Shown here: in pieces, positions 1-5,171 of the stretch
How the letters are laid out: every line of letters starts with the position of its first letter
Numbering within the stretch: position 1 is the first letter of the stretch
DNA from: a virus
Lineage: Duplodnaviria; Heunggongvirae; Uroviricota; Caudoviricetes
DNA length: 5,671 nucleotides
Reading direction: 5' to 3' (one strand)
IMG/VR virus record: IMGVR_UViG_2648501186_000005
Notes under the pieces: model-generated
Seen by the model: only the letters and a program-made list of their open reading frames with translations
Databases searched by the model: none
What the model was told of the DNA's origin: nothing
Made by a program: the position numbers and the translations under genes

Positions 1-927
1 GATGATTACCTGAAATGGCTGGATCAGTGTCTGGCTCAGTTCTGGCGGGTACTGAAACCTGCCGGAAGTCTCTACCTGTTCTGTGGTCATCGCCTGGCAT
101 CTGACACCGAAATCATGATGCGTGAGCGCTTTAATGTGCTGAACCACATTATCTGGGCGAAGCCATCCGGACGCTGGAACGGGTGCAACAAAGAAAGCCT
201 GCGGGCGTATTTCCCGGCAACAGAGCGCATTCTGTTTGCCGAACATTATCAGGGGCCATACCAGCCAAAAAATGATGGCTATGCGGCAAAGGAGCGCGAG
301 CTTAAACAACACGTCATGGCCCCGCTGATTTCTTACTTCCGTGATGCGCGTGAATCACTGGGGATAACGTCCAAACAGATAGCGGAAGCCACCGGAAAGA
401 AAAACATGGTGTCGCACTGGTTTGGTACCTGTCAGTGGCAGTTACCGAACGAAGCTGATTACAGAAAACTGCAGGCGCTGTTCGCGTGTGTTGCAGAAGA
501 AAAGCACCAGCGTGGGGAGCTGGCAACGCCACACCAGCAACTGGTCAGCACATACAGTGAACTGAACCGGCAATATGCCAGTCTGCTTGAGGAATACAAA
601 TCTCTGCGGCGTTATTTTTCTGTATCGGCCGCCGTTCCTTATACGGACGTCTGGACGCATAAGCCCGTGCAGTATTATCCGGGTAAGCATCCCTGCGAAA
701 AACCGGCGGATATGTTGCGTCAGATAATTTCTGCCAGCAGTCGTCCGGGGGATGTGGTTGCGGATTTTTTTATGGGATCGGGGGCAACAATAAAAGCAGC
801 AATGGGATTGGGGCGTCGCACGATTGGGGTTGAACTTGAGTCCGGGCGTTTTGAACAAACAGTTGGTGAAATATTGGTGCTGAACGATAAATTGCGAAAT
901 GCACAATTAGATAAGAACAGGAGCTAA
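1..927 (+). CDS. DNA methyltransferase, N6-adenine/N4-cytosine (amino-MTase) family; 5'-truncated by the window edge
   Basis: Frame 1 is open from base 1 to TAA at 925-927, so the true start lies upstream; the ATG at 115 is internal. The translation contains LKPAGSLYLF near the N-terminal side, then HPCEKP followed by FFMGSGAT (an FxGxG AdoMet-binding motif I) near the C-terminus. That motif order is the one I recall for beta-class amino-methyltransferases, whose DPPY-type catalytic motif would lie upstream of the window. No adjacent restriction endonuclease gene is visible. Confidence 0.85.
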   Translation, partial: DDYLKWLDQCLAQFWRVLKPAGSLYLFCGHRLASDTEIMMRERFNVLNHIIWAKPSGRWNGCNKESLRAYFPATERILFAEHYQGPYQPKNDGYAAKERELKQHVMAPLISYFRDARESLGITSKQIAEATGKKNMVSHWFGTCQWQLPNEADYRKLQALFACVAEEKHQRGELATPHQQLVSTYSELNRQYASLLEEYKSLRRYFSVSAAVPYTDVWTHKPVQYYPGKHPCEKPADMLRQIISASSRPGDVVADFFMGSGATIKAAMGLGRRTIGVELESGRFEQTVGEILVLNDKLRNAQLDKNRS

Positions 928-1044
928 TCCTCGATTAATATCTAAGCCAAGCAGGATGCTAGGAAGTTCTGATATATTCTGATCGTTTTTCGATGCTTTA
1001 AAATGATTTGTGCTGGTTGCGAAAGCACGTGGTCGGGCACTGCG

Positions 1045-1080
1045 TTCACACATCTGGAGGGTGTGAAGCCAGCTTTTTTG
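1045..1080 (+). terminator. Possible weak intrinsic terminator downstream of the methyltransferase gene
   Basis: Hairpin TTCACAC (1045-1051) / GTGTGAA (1061-1067) with a 9-nt loop, followed after a 6-nt spacer by TTTTTT (1074-1079). The spacer between stem and T-tract makes it non-canonical. Confidence 0.3.
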
Positions 1081-1089
1081 TGTGTATTC

Positions 1090-1156
1090 AGATGGCGTTC
1101 TGATTCTATAACGAGTTACGTGGACATCAGGGATGGAGAGAATAGGAACGCCATCT
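1090..1156. repeat. Perfect 11-bp inverted repeat (AGATGGCGTTC ... GAACGCCATCT) with a 45-bp spacer
   Basis: Arms at 1090-1100 and 1146-1156 are exact reverse complements. They lie in non-coding DNA immediately after the putative terminator. Function unknown. Confidence 0.6.
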
Positions 1157-1306
1157 TAATACATTTTCCCCGTTTATTTGATATATCTTCCGGATAAGGG
1201 ATTAGGTCTGGTTTTTTATGTCATTCAATAACGCTCTTCTATACTGTATACAATACTTTATCCTGGCAGTGTGTTTAAAACCTGAACTTATCCTTTGTTT
1301 CGTTTA

Positions 1307-1336
1307 TAGACAGAAGGGCTAATGTCGACTTATCAT
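1307..1336 (+). promoter_or_regulatory. Candidate sigma70-like promoter for the 1446-1724 gene
   Basis: TAGACA (1307-1312), an 18-nt spacer, then TATCAT (1331-1336); this would give a roughly 100-nt leader. It is a hexamer match only and is speculative. Confidence 0.2.
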
Positions 1337-1445
1337 CAGCAGGATGGCAATAGATGTGTAAGTAGCTGGTCACCAGCTATACTTCAGTGGTACTTCTGAG
1401 TGCTTCTCTCCGTGAAATGATTATCATCCAGATGGCAGGAGTAGA

Positions 1446-1724
1446 GTGAATATTGATGATATTTCCAGGTGCTCCAGCTTGTTGCAGCGTATTGAGGATG
1501 TTAATGCTGAACGAGCCAGGGCCTTTAGTCGTTTGACAGTTATATTTTCTACCCCTGATCGCCTTTCAGGAAAGAACATTGTTTTATTAAACAGTGATGC
1601 CATCCATAAGGTTTTTGAAGAGTTCATGGCTGCTAATTCAGAATTGCTGGCTCTTGTTGAGGAATACAACGAGATAGCCAGCCGTGTCGGTATGGATGAA
1701 TTCAACGTCATACTTCGTGGATAA
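1446..1724 (+). CDS. Hypothetical protein, 92 aa, predicted soluble and mostly helical (moron-like cargo gene)
   Basis: GTG start at 1446 preceded by AGGAG (1436-1440) with 5-nt spacing; followed by a clean intrinsic terminator. Codons are AT-rich at the third position, unlike the flanking phage genes. No TM segment and no motif I recognise. The antisense ORF 1424-1711 has no such signals. Confidence 0.6.
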   Translation: MNIDDISRCSSLLQRIEDVNAERARAFSRLTVIFSTPDRLSGKNIVLLNSDAIHKVFEEFMAANSELLALVEEYNEIASRVGMDEFNVILRG

Positions 1725-1747
1725 AAACATGCTTCATATTTTCTGTT

Positions 1748-1770
1748 AGCTCGCTACTGCGAGCTTTTTT
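1748..1770 (+). terminator. Rho-independent terminator
   Basis: AGCTCGC (1748-1754), loop TACT, GCGAGCT (1759-1765) with the T-tract running to 1770, about 25 nt after the stop of the 92-aa gene. Confidence 0.7.
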
Positions 1771-2013
1771 GTATCTGAGCCACATCAGGCGCACATCAAA
1801 AACACAGAGCCTTTCAGGGCGGGGAGGGGGCTCTTGCCGTTACACCGTAATGCAAAATAACAGCATACAAAAGGTATCGGTGATGGTTGTTATTGGTGTG
1901 GTTTATTAAAAAAGTGTAAGAAAATTATGAGCGTTGTAGTTGAACAAAATGGTGAAATTGTATGAGCTCGGCATAATGAAAGTTCTGAAGGTATTGCCTG
2001 CACACGCTGTGTA

Positions 2014-2049
2014 AAGGACGGCACGCAACTGCGACTCGTTGCCGTCCTT
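2014..2049 (-). terminator. Possible terminator hairpin for the minus-strand gene 2083-2418
   Basis: 10-bp arms AAGGACGGCA (2014-2023) / TGCCGTCCTT (2040-2049) with a 16-nt loop that itself contains a small CGCA/TGCG stem. On the minus strand the stem is followed by only TTT, so it is weak as a terminator and could instead be a structured RNA or binding site. Confidence 0.3.
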
Positions 2050-2082
2050 GAGGACGCATTTACTCAGGCTAAAGGCGAGTTG

Positions 2083-2418
2083 CTATGCTGGGATGACGGA
2101 AATGGAGTGCCGAATAGCTGCACTTCCGCCTCCTAAATCAATTGTAATATTCCAGTAACCTGAATGCGGTACATGAAGGTGGGCCGGTAATCTCTGAAAA
2201 AAACCGCCACCACCGTGATGATGAAAGCTTCTTGCGTTGCGGTAGTTATTAAAGTTTGTATCTGTCATCAGCAAAATATTGCACTGATGAGAGCAGTCAA
2301 CCACTACCGTATCTCCTGCATTTAAATGCATTCTTTTATGTAAAAACTGCATGTGATTTCCCTGATCAGAGGTAATCAGCCATCCCTCTTTCTCTATGAT
2401 GAGCCAGCGTCCCACCAC
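2083..2418 (-). CDS. Hypothetical His/Gly-rich protein, up to 111 aa from GTG at 2418 (or about 90 aa from the internal ATG near 2355); reverse-oriented cargo gene
   Basis: It is the only ORF of 60 aa or more in the roughly 780-bp interval between the 1748-1770 terminator and the holin gene. It runs opposite to every phage gene in the window. The translation contains SFHHHGGGGFFQRLPAHLHVPH and DLGGGS. The GTG start has no obvious Shine-Dalgarno sequence and the internal ATG has a weak GGGA upstream. Rare codons (AGA, GGA, ATA, TTA) are common. Whether it is coding is uncertain. Confidence 0.4.
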   Translation of the reverse strand: MVGRWLIIEKEGWLITSDQGNHMQFLHKRMHLNAGDTVVVDCSHQCNILLMTDTNFNNYRNARSFHHHGGGGFFQRLPAHLHVPHSGYWNITIDLGGGSAAIRHSISVIPA

Positions 2419-2551
2419 TGGCGGGCTGAATGCTTAACATATCCAGGGTTCAGAAAACGGTAAACCCTGATAAATATCCATATCTTCAAACGTTAATAAA
2501 ATGTCAGTTACGGGGCCGCTGATGGTCCTTTTTATTTACAGGAGAATAAAT

Positions 2552-2941
2552 ATGTCTGAACCCTTATCCGGTTCCAGCACTGCTGTGGCGCTCGGCGGGG
2601 CGACGGTATTCGGGCTGTTTACCGGGACGGATTTCGGGATTGTGTTTGGCGCGTTTGCCGGGGCGTTGTTTGTGGCCACGATGCCACAGGTGATTTCTGT
2701 CTGGCGTGTGGCGGCGCATTTTCTGGTGTCGTTCATTGTTGGCGTGCTGGGGGCGGATGTCCTTGCGTCCTGGCTGGTCGAAAAATTGAATCTCCACAGC
2801 ACATCTCTCGACGCGCTTTGTGCGGTACTGGTATCGGTGGTGTCGGTGAAGATTCTCTCATTCATCCACCAGCAGGATATCGCATCGCTGGTATCCGGGC
2901 TGTTCTCCCGTCTGCGGGGTGGAGGCGGTAATGTTAAGTAA
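2552..2941 (+). CDS. Putative holin / lysis membrane protein, 129 aa, 3-4 predicted Gly-rich TM helices
   Basis: ATG at 2552 with AGGAG (2540-2544) at 7-nt spacing; the ORF-track start at 2501 lacks an SD. Hydrophobic segments are AVALGGATVFGLFTG, GIVFGAFAGALFVATM, AAHFLVSFIVGVLGADVLASWLV and LCAVLVSVVSVKILSFI, with a polar, charged C-terminal tail. It sits immediately upstream of the endolysin, and its stop overlaps the next gene's start (ATGTTAAGTAA). Confidence 0.65.
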   Translation: MSEPLSGSSTAVALGGATVFGLFTGTDFGIVFGAFAGALFVATMPQVISVWRVAAHFLVSFIVGVLGADVLASWLVEKLNLHSTSLDALCAVLVSVVSVKILSFIHQQDIASLVSGLFSRLRGGGGNVK

Positions 2942-3209
2942 CCTTCCCGGATTACTGAATGTGGTGTTAAGCACGGTTATCGTGCTGACGCTCTTTTTTT
3001 ATCGTCGTGGTGAGTCGAGACATAAACCGCTGATGTCGTGGCTGGCCTGGCTGCTGATGCTGCTTTATGCCTTTGCGCCGCTTTGTTATCTGTGTGGTCG
3101 CTTTCCACCCGGTAACTGGCTGGTCGTCCTGATTAACCTGGTGTTCTGCGTGCTGGTGATACGAGCACGCGGGAACGTATCAAAAATCCTTGTATTACGA
3201 AGGCGCTGA
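2931..3209 (+). CDS. Second lysis-cassette membrane protein, 92 aa, about 3 TM helices with an Arg/Lys-rich C-terminus (holin- or antiholin-like)
   Basis: ATG at 2931 with GGAGG (2921-2925) at 5-nt spacing, overlapping the stop of the upstream gene. TM segments are LLNVVLSTVIVLTLFF, LMSWLAWLLMLLYAFAPLCYLCG and WLVVLINLVFCVLVI, and the C-terminus is RARGNVSKILVLRRR. The TGA at 3207-3209 lies 1 nt before the endolysin ATG (TGATATG), indicating translational coupling. Confidence 0.6.
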   Translation: MLSNLPGLLNVVLSTVIVLTLFFYRRGESRHKPLMSWLAWLLMLLYAFAPLCYLCGRFPPGNWLVVLINLVFCVLVIRARGNVSKILVLRRR

Positions 3210-3210
3210 T

Positions 3211-3756
3211 ATGAAGTCGAAAGATGAAATTTTTGACGAAATTCTGGGAAAAGAGGGCGGTTACGTCAATCACCCGGATGATAAAGGTGGTCCGACTAAA
3301 TGGGGCATCACTGAAAAAGTTGCCCGTGCACACGGTTATCAGGGCGATATGCGTGACCTGACGCGTGGGCAGGCGCTGGAAATACTCGAGGCGGACTACT
3401 GGTACGGACCACGATTCGACCAGGTTGAGGACCTGTCTCCGGATATTGCCGCAGAGTTGTGCGATACGGGCGTGAACATGGGGCCAACTGTGGCGTCCAG
3501 AATGCTTCAGCGCTGGCTGAACGTTTTCAACCTGCGCGGGAAACTCTATCCGGATATGGATGCTGATGGACGCATCGGGCCGCGTACTCTTAATGCATTA
3601 CGGGCATATCTGAAAAATCGCAGCAGGGATGGTGAACTGGTACTGGTGAAAGCCCTGAACTGTACGCAGGGCGAGCGTTATCTGGAGCTGGCAGAGAAAC
3701 GCGAGGCCAATGAGTCGTTTGTCTATGGCTGGATGAAAGAGCGCGTGGTGGTTTAA
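3211..3756 (+). CDS. Endolysin: glycoside hydrolase family 108-type muramidase with a C-terminal peptidoglycan-binding domain (181 aa)
   Basis: ATG at 3211 with GAAGG at 7-nt spacing; the TTG at 3190 in the ORF track is not the start. The N-terminus has ILGKEGGYVNHPDDKGGPTKWGIT; the EGGY motif with the catalytic Glu is what I recall for GH108 lysozymes. The C-terminal half resembles the PG-binding region that accompanies GH108 domains. There is no signal peptide or SAR segment, so it would depend on a holin. Confidence 0.85.
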   Translation: MKSKDEIFDEILGKEGGYVNHPDDKGGPTKWGITEKVARAHGYQGDMRDLTRGQALEILEADYWYGPRFDQVEDLSPDIAAELCDTGVNMGPTVASRMLQRWLNVFNLRGKLYPDMDADGRIGPRTLNALRAYLKNRSRDGELVLVKALNCTQGERYLELAEKREANESFVYGWMKERVVV

Positions 3757-3850
3757 AAACTGACACTGAAGTGCTGAACACCCTCAACTCATGCAGGCTC
3801 TTTTCTGGGGCTACGATGAGCGAAAGTAAGGGGCATAGCATCAGATAGCA

Positions 3851-3890
3851 AAAACCCCGGCTGCGGTAACAGTCCGGGGTTTTCTGTTTC
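3851..3890 (+). terminator. Rho-independent terminator after the endolysin gene (usable in both directions)
   Basis: AAAACCCCGG (3851-3860) / CCGGGGTTTT (3874-3883) around a 13-nt loop, followed by TTTTCTGTTTC; A-tract upstream and T-tract downstream. Confidence 0.75.
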
Positions 3891-3916
3891 TGGCCTTGGG
3901 TAAGGCAAAGGAGAAC

Positions 3917-4099
3917 ATGAGGAAGTATAAACTAATTCTGTTGAGGTTGACTATGAAAAACGGCCTTGAATTGAAAGCGCCTGTAACTGATGACATCAGC
4001 AGAGCGGTGGCTTTTGCCATTAAGTGGGTGGCGGTCGGTATCGCTGTGTCTCCGATGCTGTATGGGATGGCAAAATTGCTCATTGCTGTGAAATCGTAA
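3917..4099 (+). CDS. Small membrane protein, 60 aa, C-terminal TM anchor
   Basis: ATG at 3917 preceded by AAGGAG (3908-3913); an alternative ATG at 3953 has GAGG upstream. The translation is MRKYKLILLRLTMKNGLELKAPVTDDISRAVAFAIKWVAVGIAVSPMLYGMAKLLIAVKS, with a hydrophobic C-terminal stretch. It is the first of three tightly spaced small genes after the terminator. Confidence 0.5.
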   Translation: MRKYKLILLRLTMKNGLELKAPVTDDISRAVAFAIKWVAVGIAVSPMLYGMAKLLIAVKS

Positions 4100-4116
4100 G
4101 TGGGGCAGGGGTAAAT

Positions 4117-4251
4117 ATGTCAGATAGCATTATAAAACTGGCGCGAATTCTCTGTGTGGTTGTTGGCCTTTCATTTTCAGCAATGTTGGTTGCCATTTTC
4201 ATTTCCACCGCCTGGCGAGTATTGAGCTTATCCGGATTGATTGGTGGATAG
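4117..4251 (+). CDS. Tiny single-pass membrane protein, 44 aa
   Basis: ATG at 4117 with AGGGG at 5-nt spacing, 17 nt after the previous stop. The translation is MSDSIIKLARILCVVVGLSFSAMLVAIFISTAWRVLSLSGLIGG, with one central TM helix. Its stop lies 4 nt before the next start. Confidence 0.45.
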   Translation: MSDSIIKLARILCVVVGLSFSAMLVAIFISTAWRVLSLSGLIGG

Positions 4252-4255
4252 TGAG

Positions 4256-4438
4256 ATGAAGCGAAAACACTGGACACACAGAATGCCGCGAACGGCGGCG
4301 AAATGGGCACTGGTAGCGATACTGGTGCCTTTTTTCCTGGTGGGATGCGTCAGCCTGGATAAGGCGCGCCAGCTTTTCGATACAGCTTCTCAGGTCTGTG
4401 AAATTGTCGACGGTGTTCGGCAGTGTATGCAGAACTGA
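4256..4438 (+). CDS. Small predicted lipoprotein, 60 aa precursor with a lipobox (LVGC) and a mature part of about 29 aa containing two further Cys
   Basis: ATG at 4256; an alternative ATG at 4286 would give a more typical signal peptide, MPRTAAKWALVAILVPFFLVGC. The L-V-G-C lipobox is followed by VSLDKARQLFDTASQVCEIVDGVRQCMQN. It is too short and not proline-rich enough for a typical Rz1-type o-spanin. Confidence 0.5.
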   Translation: MKRKHWTHRMPRTAAKWALVAILVPFFLVGCVSLDKARQLFDTASQVCEIVDGVRQCMQN

Positions 4439-4525
4439 TCGCCTGTAAGAGCAGAATATTGTTGAATCTAAATTTACTTTGAACAGTGGCCCGGATGGAA
4501 AGGGCATCTAAATAGGAGCAGAAAA

Positions 4526-4735
4526 ATGTTAACTGTAAAAGTCATGTCTCAAAATGGTGGGGAAGAGATCCATTGCGGGCGTAGCATTGGCTATCATCCT
4601 GAGCAGCGGAGTATTGCCGTATCGGGAAAGGATGGGAAAGTCATTCTGAAAGATGGAGATATTGCTTATGTAATGAACCAAAACGCTCAAATAATATCTG
4701 TTTATCGGCCCAATAATAGTCAGAAAAACATTTGA
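4526..4735 (+). CDS. Hypothetical small protein, 69 aa, soluble, probably beta-rich
   Basis: ATG at 4526 with AGGAG (4514-4518) at 7-nt spacing. The translation is MLTVKVMSQNGGEEIHCGRSIGYHPEQRSIAVSGKDGKVILKDGDIAYVMNQNAQIISVYRPN.... No TM segment. I cannot assign a family from memory. Confidence 0.55.
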   Translation: MLTVKVMSQNGGEEIHCGRSIGYHPEQRSIAVSGKDGKVILKDGDIAYVMNQNAQIISVYRPNNSQKNI

Positions 4736-4777
4736 ATTTCGCAAGGCCAAAGTTCAGTGGTGATCGTTATCAACTAA

Positions 4778-4806
4778 TTGAAATAACAAGCTTATGTTTG
4801 TGTAAT
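4778..4806 (+). promoter_or_regulatory. Candidate sigma70 promoter upstream of the 4859-5074 gene
   Basis: TTGAAA (4778-4783), a 17-nt spacer, then TGTAAT (4801-4806). Good hexamer spacing and match, but sequence-only. Confidence 0.3.
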
Positions 4807-4858
4807 TGGTGATATAGCATGTTAATGCTGAATATCAGCGTCAACATGGAGTTATACA

Positions 4859-5074
4859 ATGGTTTTTAAACACTATTACGTGAACAAAAATGCTCAGAGC
4901 AATGGCGATCATGAGGTGCATGCTGAGGAATGTTCATATCTTCCTGCTGTAGCTAACCGCGATTACCTTGGTTACTATAGTGATTGTTCTTCGGCGGTAA
5001 CAGAGGCAAAGGCCAAAGGATATTCCCGGGTGAATGGTTGCTATTGGTGTGCCAATAAGTGCCACACGTCTTAA
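4859..5074 (+). CDS. Hypothetical small Cys/His-containing protein, 71 aa, possible metal-binding; last gene before cos
   Basis: ATG at 4859 with GGAG (4848-4851) at 7-nt spacing and a terminator about 20 nt downstream. The translation contains HEVHAEEC ... DCSS ... GCYWCANKCH. Its position matches the small ORFs found at the extreme right end of lambda-like genomes, but homology is unverified. Confidence 0.55.
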   Translation: MVFKHYYVNKNAQSNGDHEVHAEECSYLPAVANRDYLGYYSDCSSAVTEAKAKGYSRVNGCYWCANKCHTS

Positions 5075-5091
5075 TCAATTGTCAATAAACC

Positions 5092-5118
5092 ATAAAGGCC
5101 GCTCTGCGGCCTTTTTCA
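5092..5118 (+). terminator. Rho-independent terminator (usable in both directions)
   Basis: GC-rich stem GGCCGC (5097-5102) / GCGGCC (5106-5111) with a short loop, flanked by ATAAA upstream and TTTTT (5112-5116) downstream. Confidence 0.7.
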
Positions 5119-5140
5119 TGTTAAAAAAGATTGCGGCATT

Positions 5141-5171
5141 ACAGCAGCCCTTCACTCTAAGGGGCTGCTGT
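5141..5171. repeat. Perfect 10-bp palindrome (ACAGCAGCCC ... GGGCTGCTGT) with an 11-nt loop
   Basis: Arms at 5141-5150 and 5162-5171. It is not followed by a T-tract on either strand at terminator distance, so it is more likely a structural or binding element than a terminator. Confidence 0.5.

Noticed and set aside
314-906. Minus-strand ORFs 314-532 and 442-906 inside the methyltransferase gene
   Set aside because: They are antisense to a well-supported coding frame with conserved MTase motifs, and have no RBS or independent support.
1003-1197. Plus-strand ORF, 64 aa
   Set aside because: No Shine-Dalgarno sequence; the ORF runs through the terminator-like hairpin and the 11-bp inverted repeat; the translation is low-complexity.
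1241-1260. LexA-box-like CTGTATAC
   Set aside because: Only the CTGT half-site is present; the partner ACAG at the correct 8-nt spacing is missing.
928-1445. Possible tRNA genes (expected by analogy with the Q-stx interval of Stx phages)
   Set aside because: I could not find a T-loop (GTTCRANYC)-like sequence with a matching acceptor stem and CCA context; only covariance-model tools could fully exclude one.
1424-1711. Minus-strand ORF, 95 aa
   Set aside because: Antisense shadow of the 1446-1724 gene, which has the RBS and terminator; the minus-strand ORF has neither.
1927-2010. Two mini-ORFs of 11-12 codons that could be leader peptides
   Set aside because: Weak or absent RBS and no obvious attenuator logic linking them to a downstream gene on the same strand.
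2501-2551. Upstream ATG (2501) extension of the holin ORF
   Set aside because: No RBS; the ATG at 2552 has a near-ideal AGGAG spacing.
2536-2865. Minus-strand ORFs 2536-2865 and 2564-2797
   Set aside because: Antisense to the holin gene; translations are low-complexity, Arg/Pro-rich and typical of the GC-rich antisense frame.
3190-3210. TTG-initiated N-terminal extension of the endolysin (MYYEGAD...)
   Set aside because: It lies inside the upstream gene and uses a rare start; the ATG at 3211 has a proper SD and a TGATATG coupling arrangement.
3133-3841. Minus-strand ORFs 3133-3333 and 3590-3841
   Set aside because: Antisense to the second membrane-protein gene and to the endolysin gene, which has a strong GH108 signature.
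3896-4255. Longer versions of the small genes from the ORF track (starts at 3896 TTG, 4024 and 4241)
   Set aside because: The upstream starts lack ribosome-binding sites and overlap the preceding genes; the downstream ATGs at 3917, 4117 and 4256 are better supported.
3841-4507. Minus-strand ORFs 3841-4083, 4080-4310 and 4199-4507
   Set aside because: They overlap the three plus-strand small membrane genes that have RBSs and operon-like spacing; the first contains the terminator hairpin within its coding sequence.
4529-4750. Minus-strand ORF, 73 aa
   Set aside because: Antisense to the 4526-4735 gene, which has a strong AGGAG RBS.
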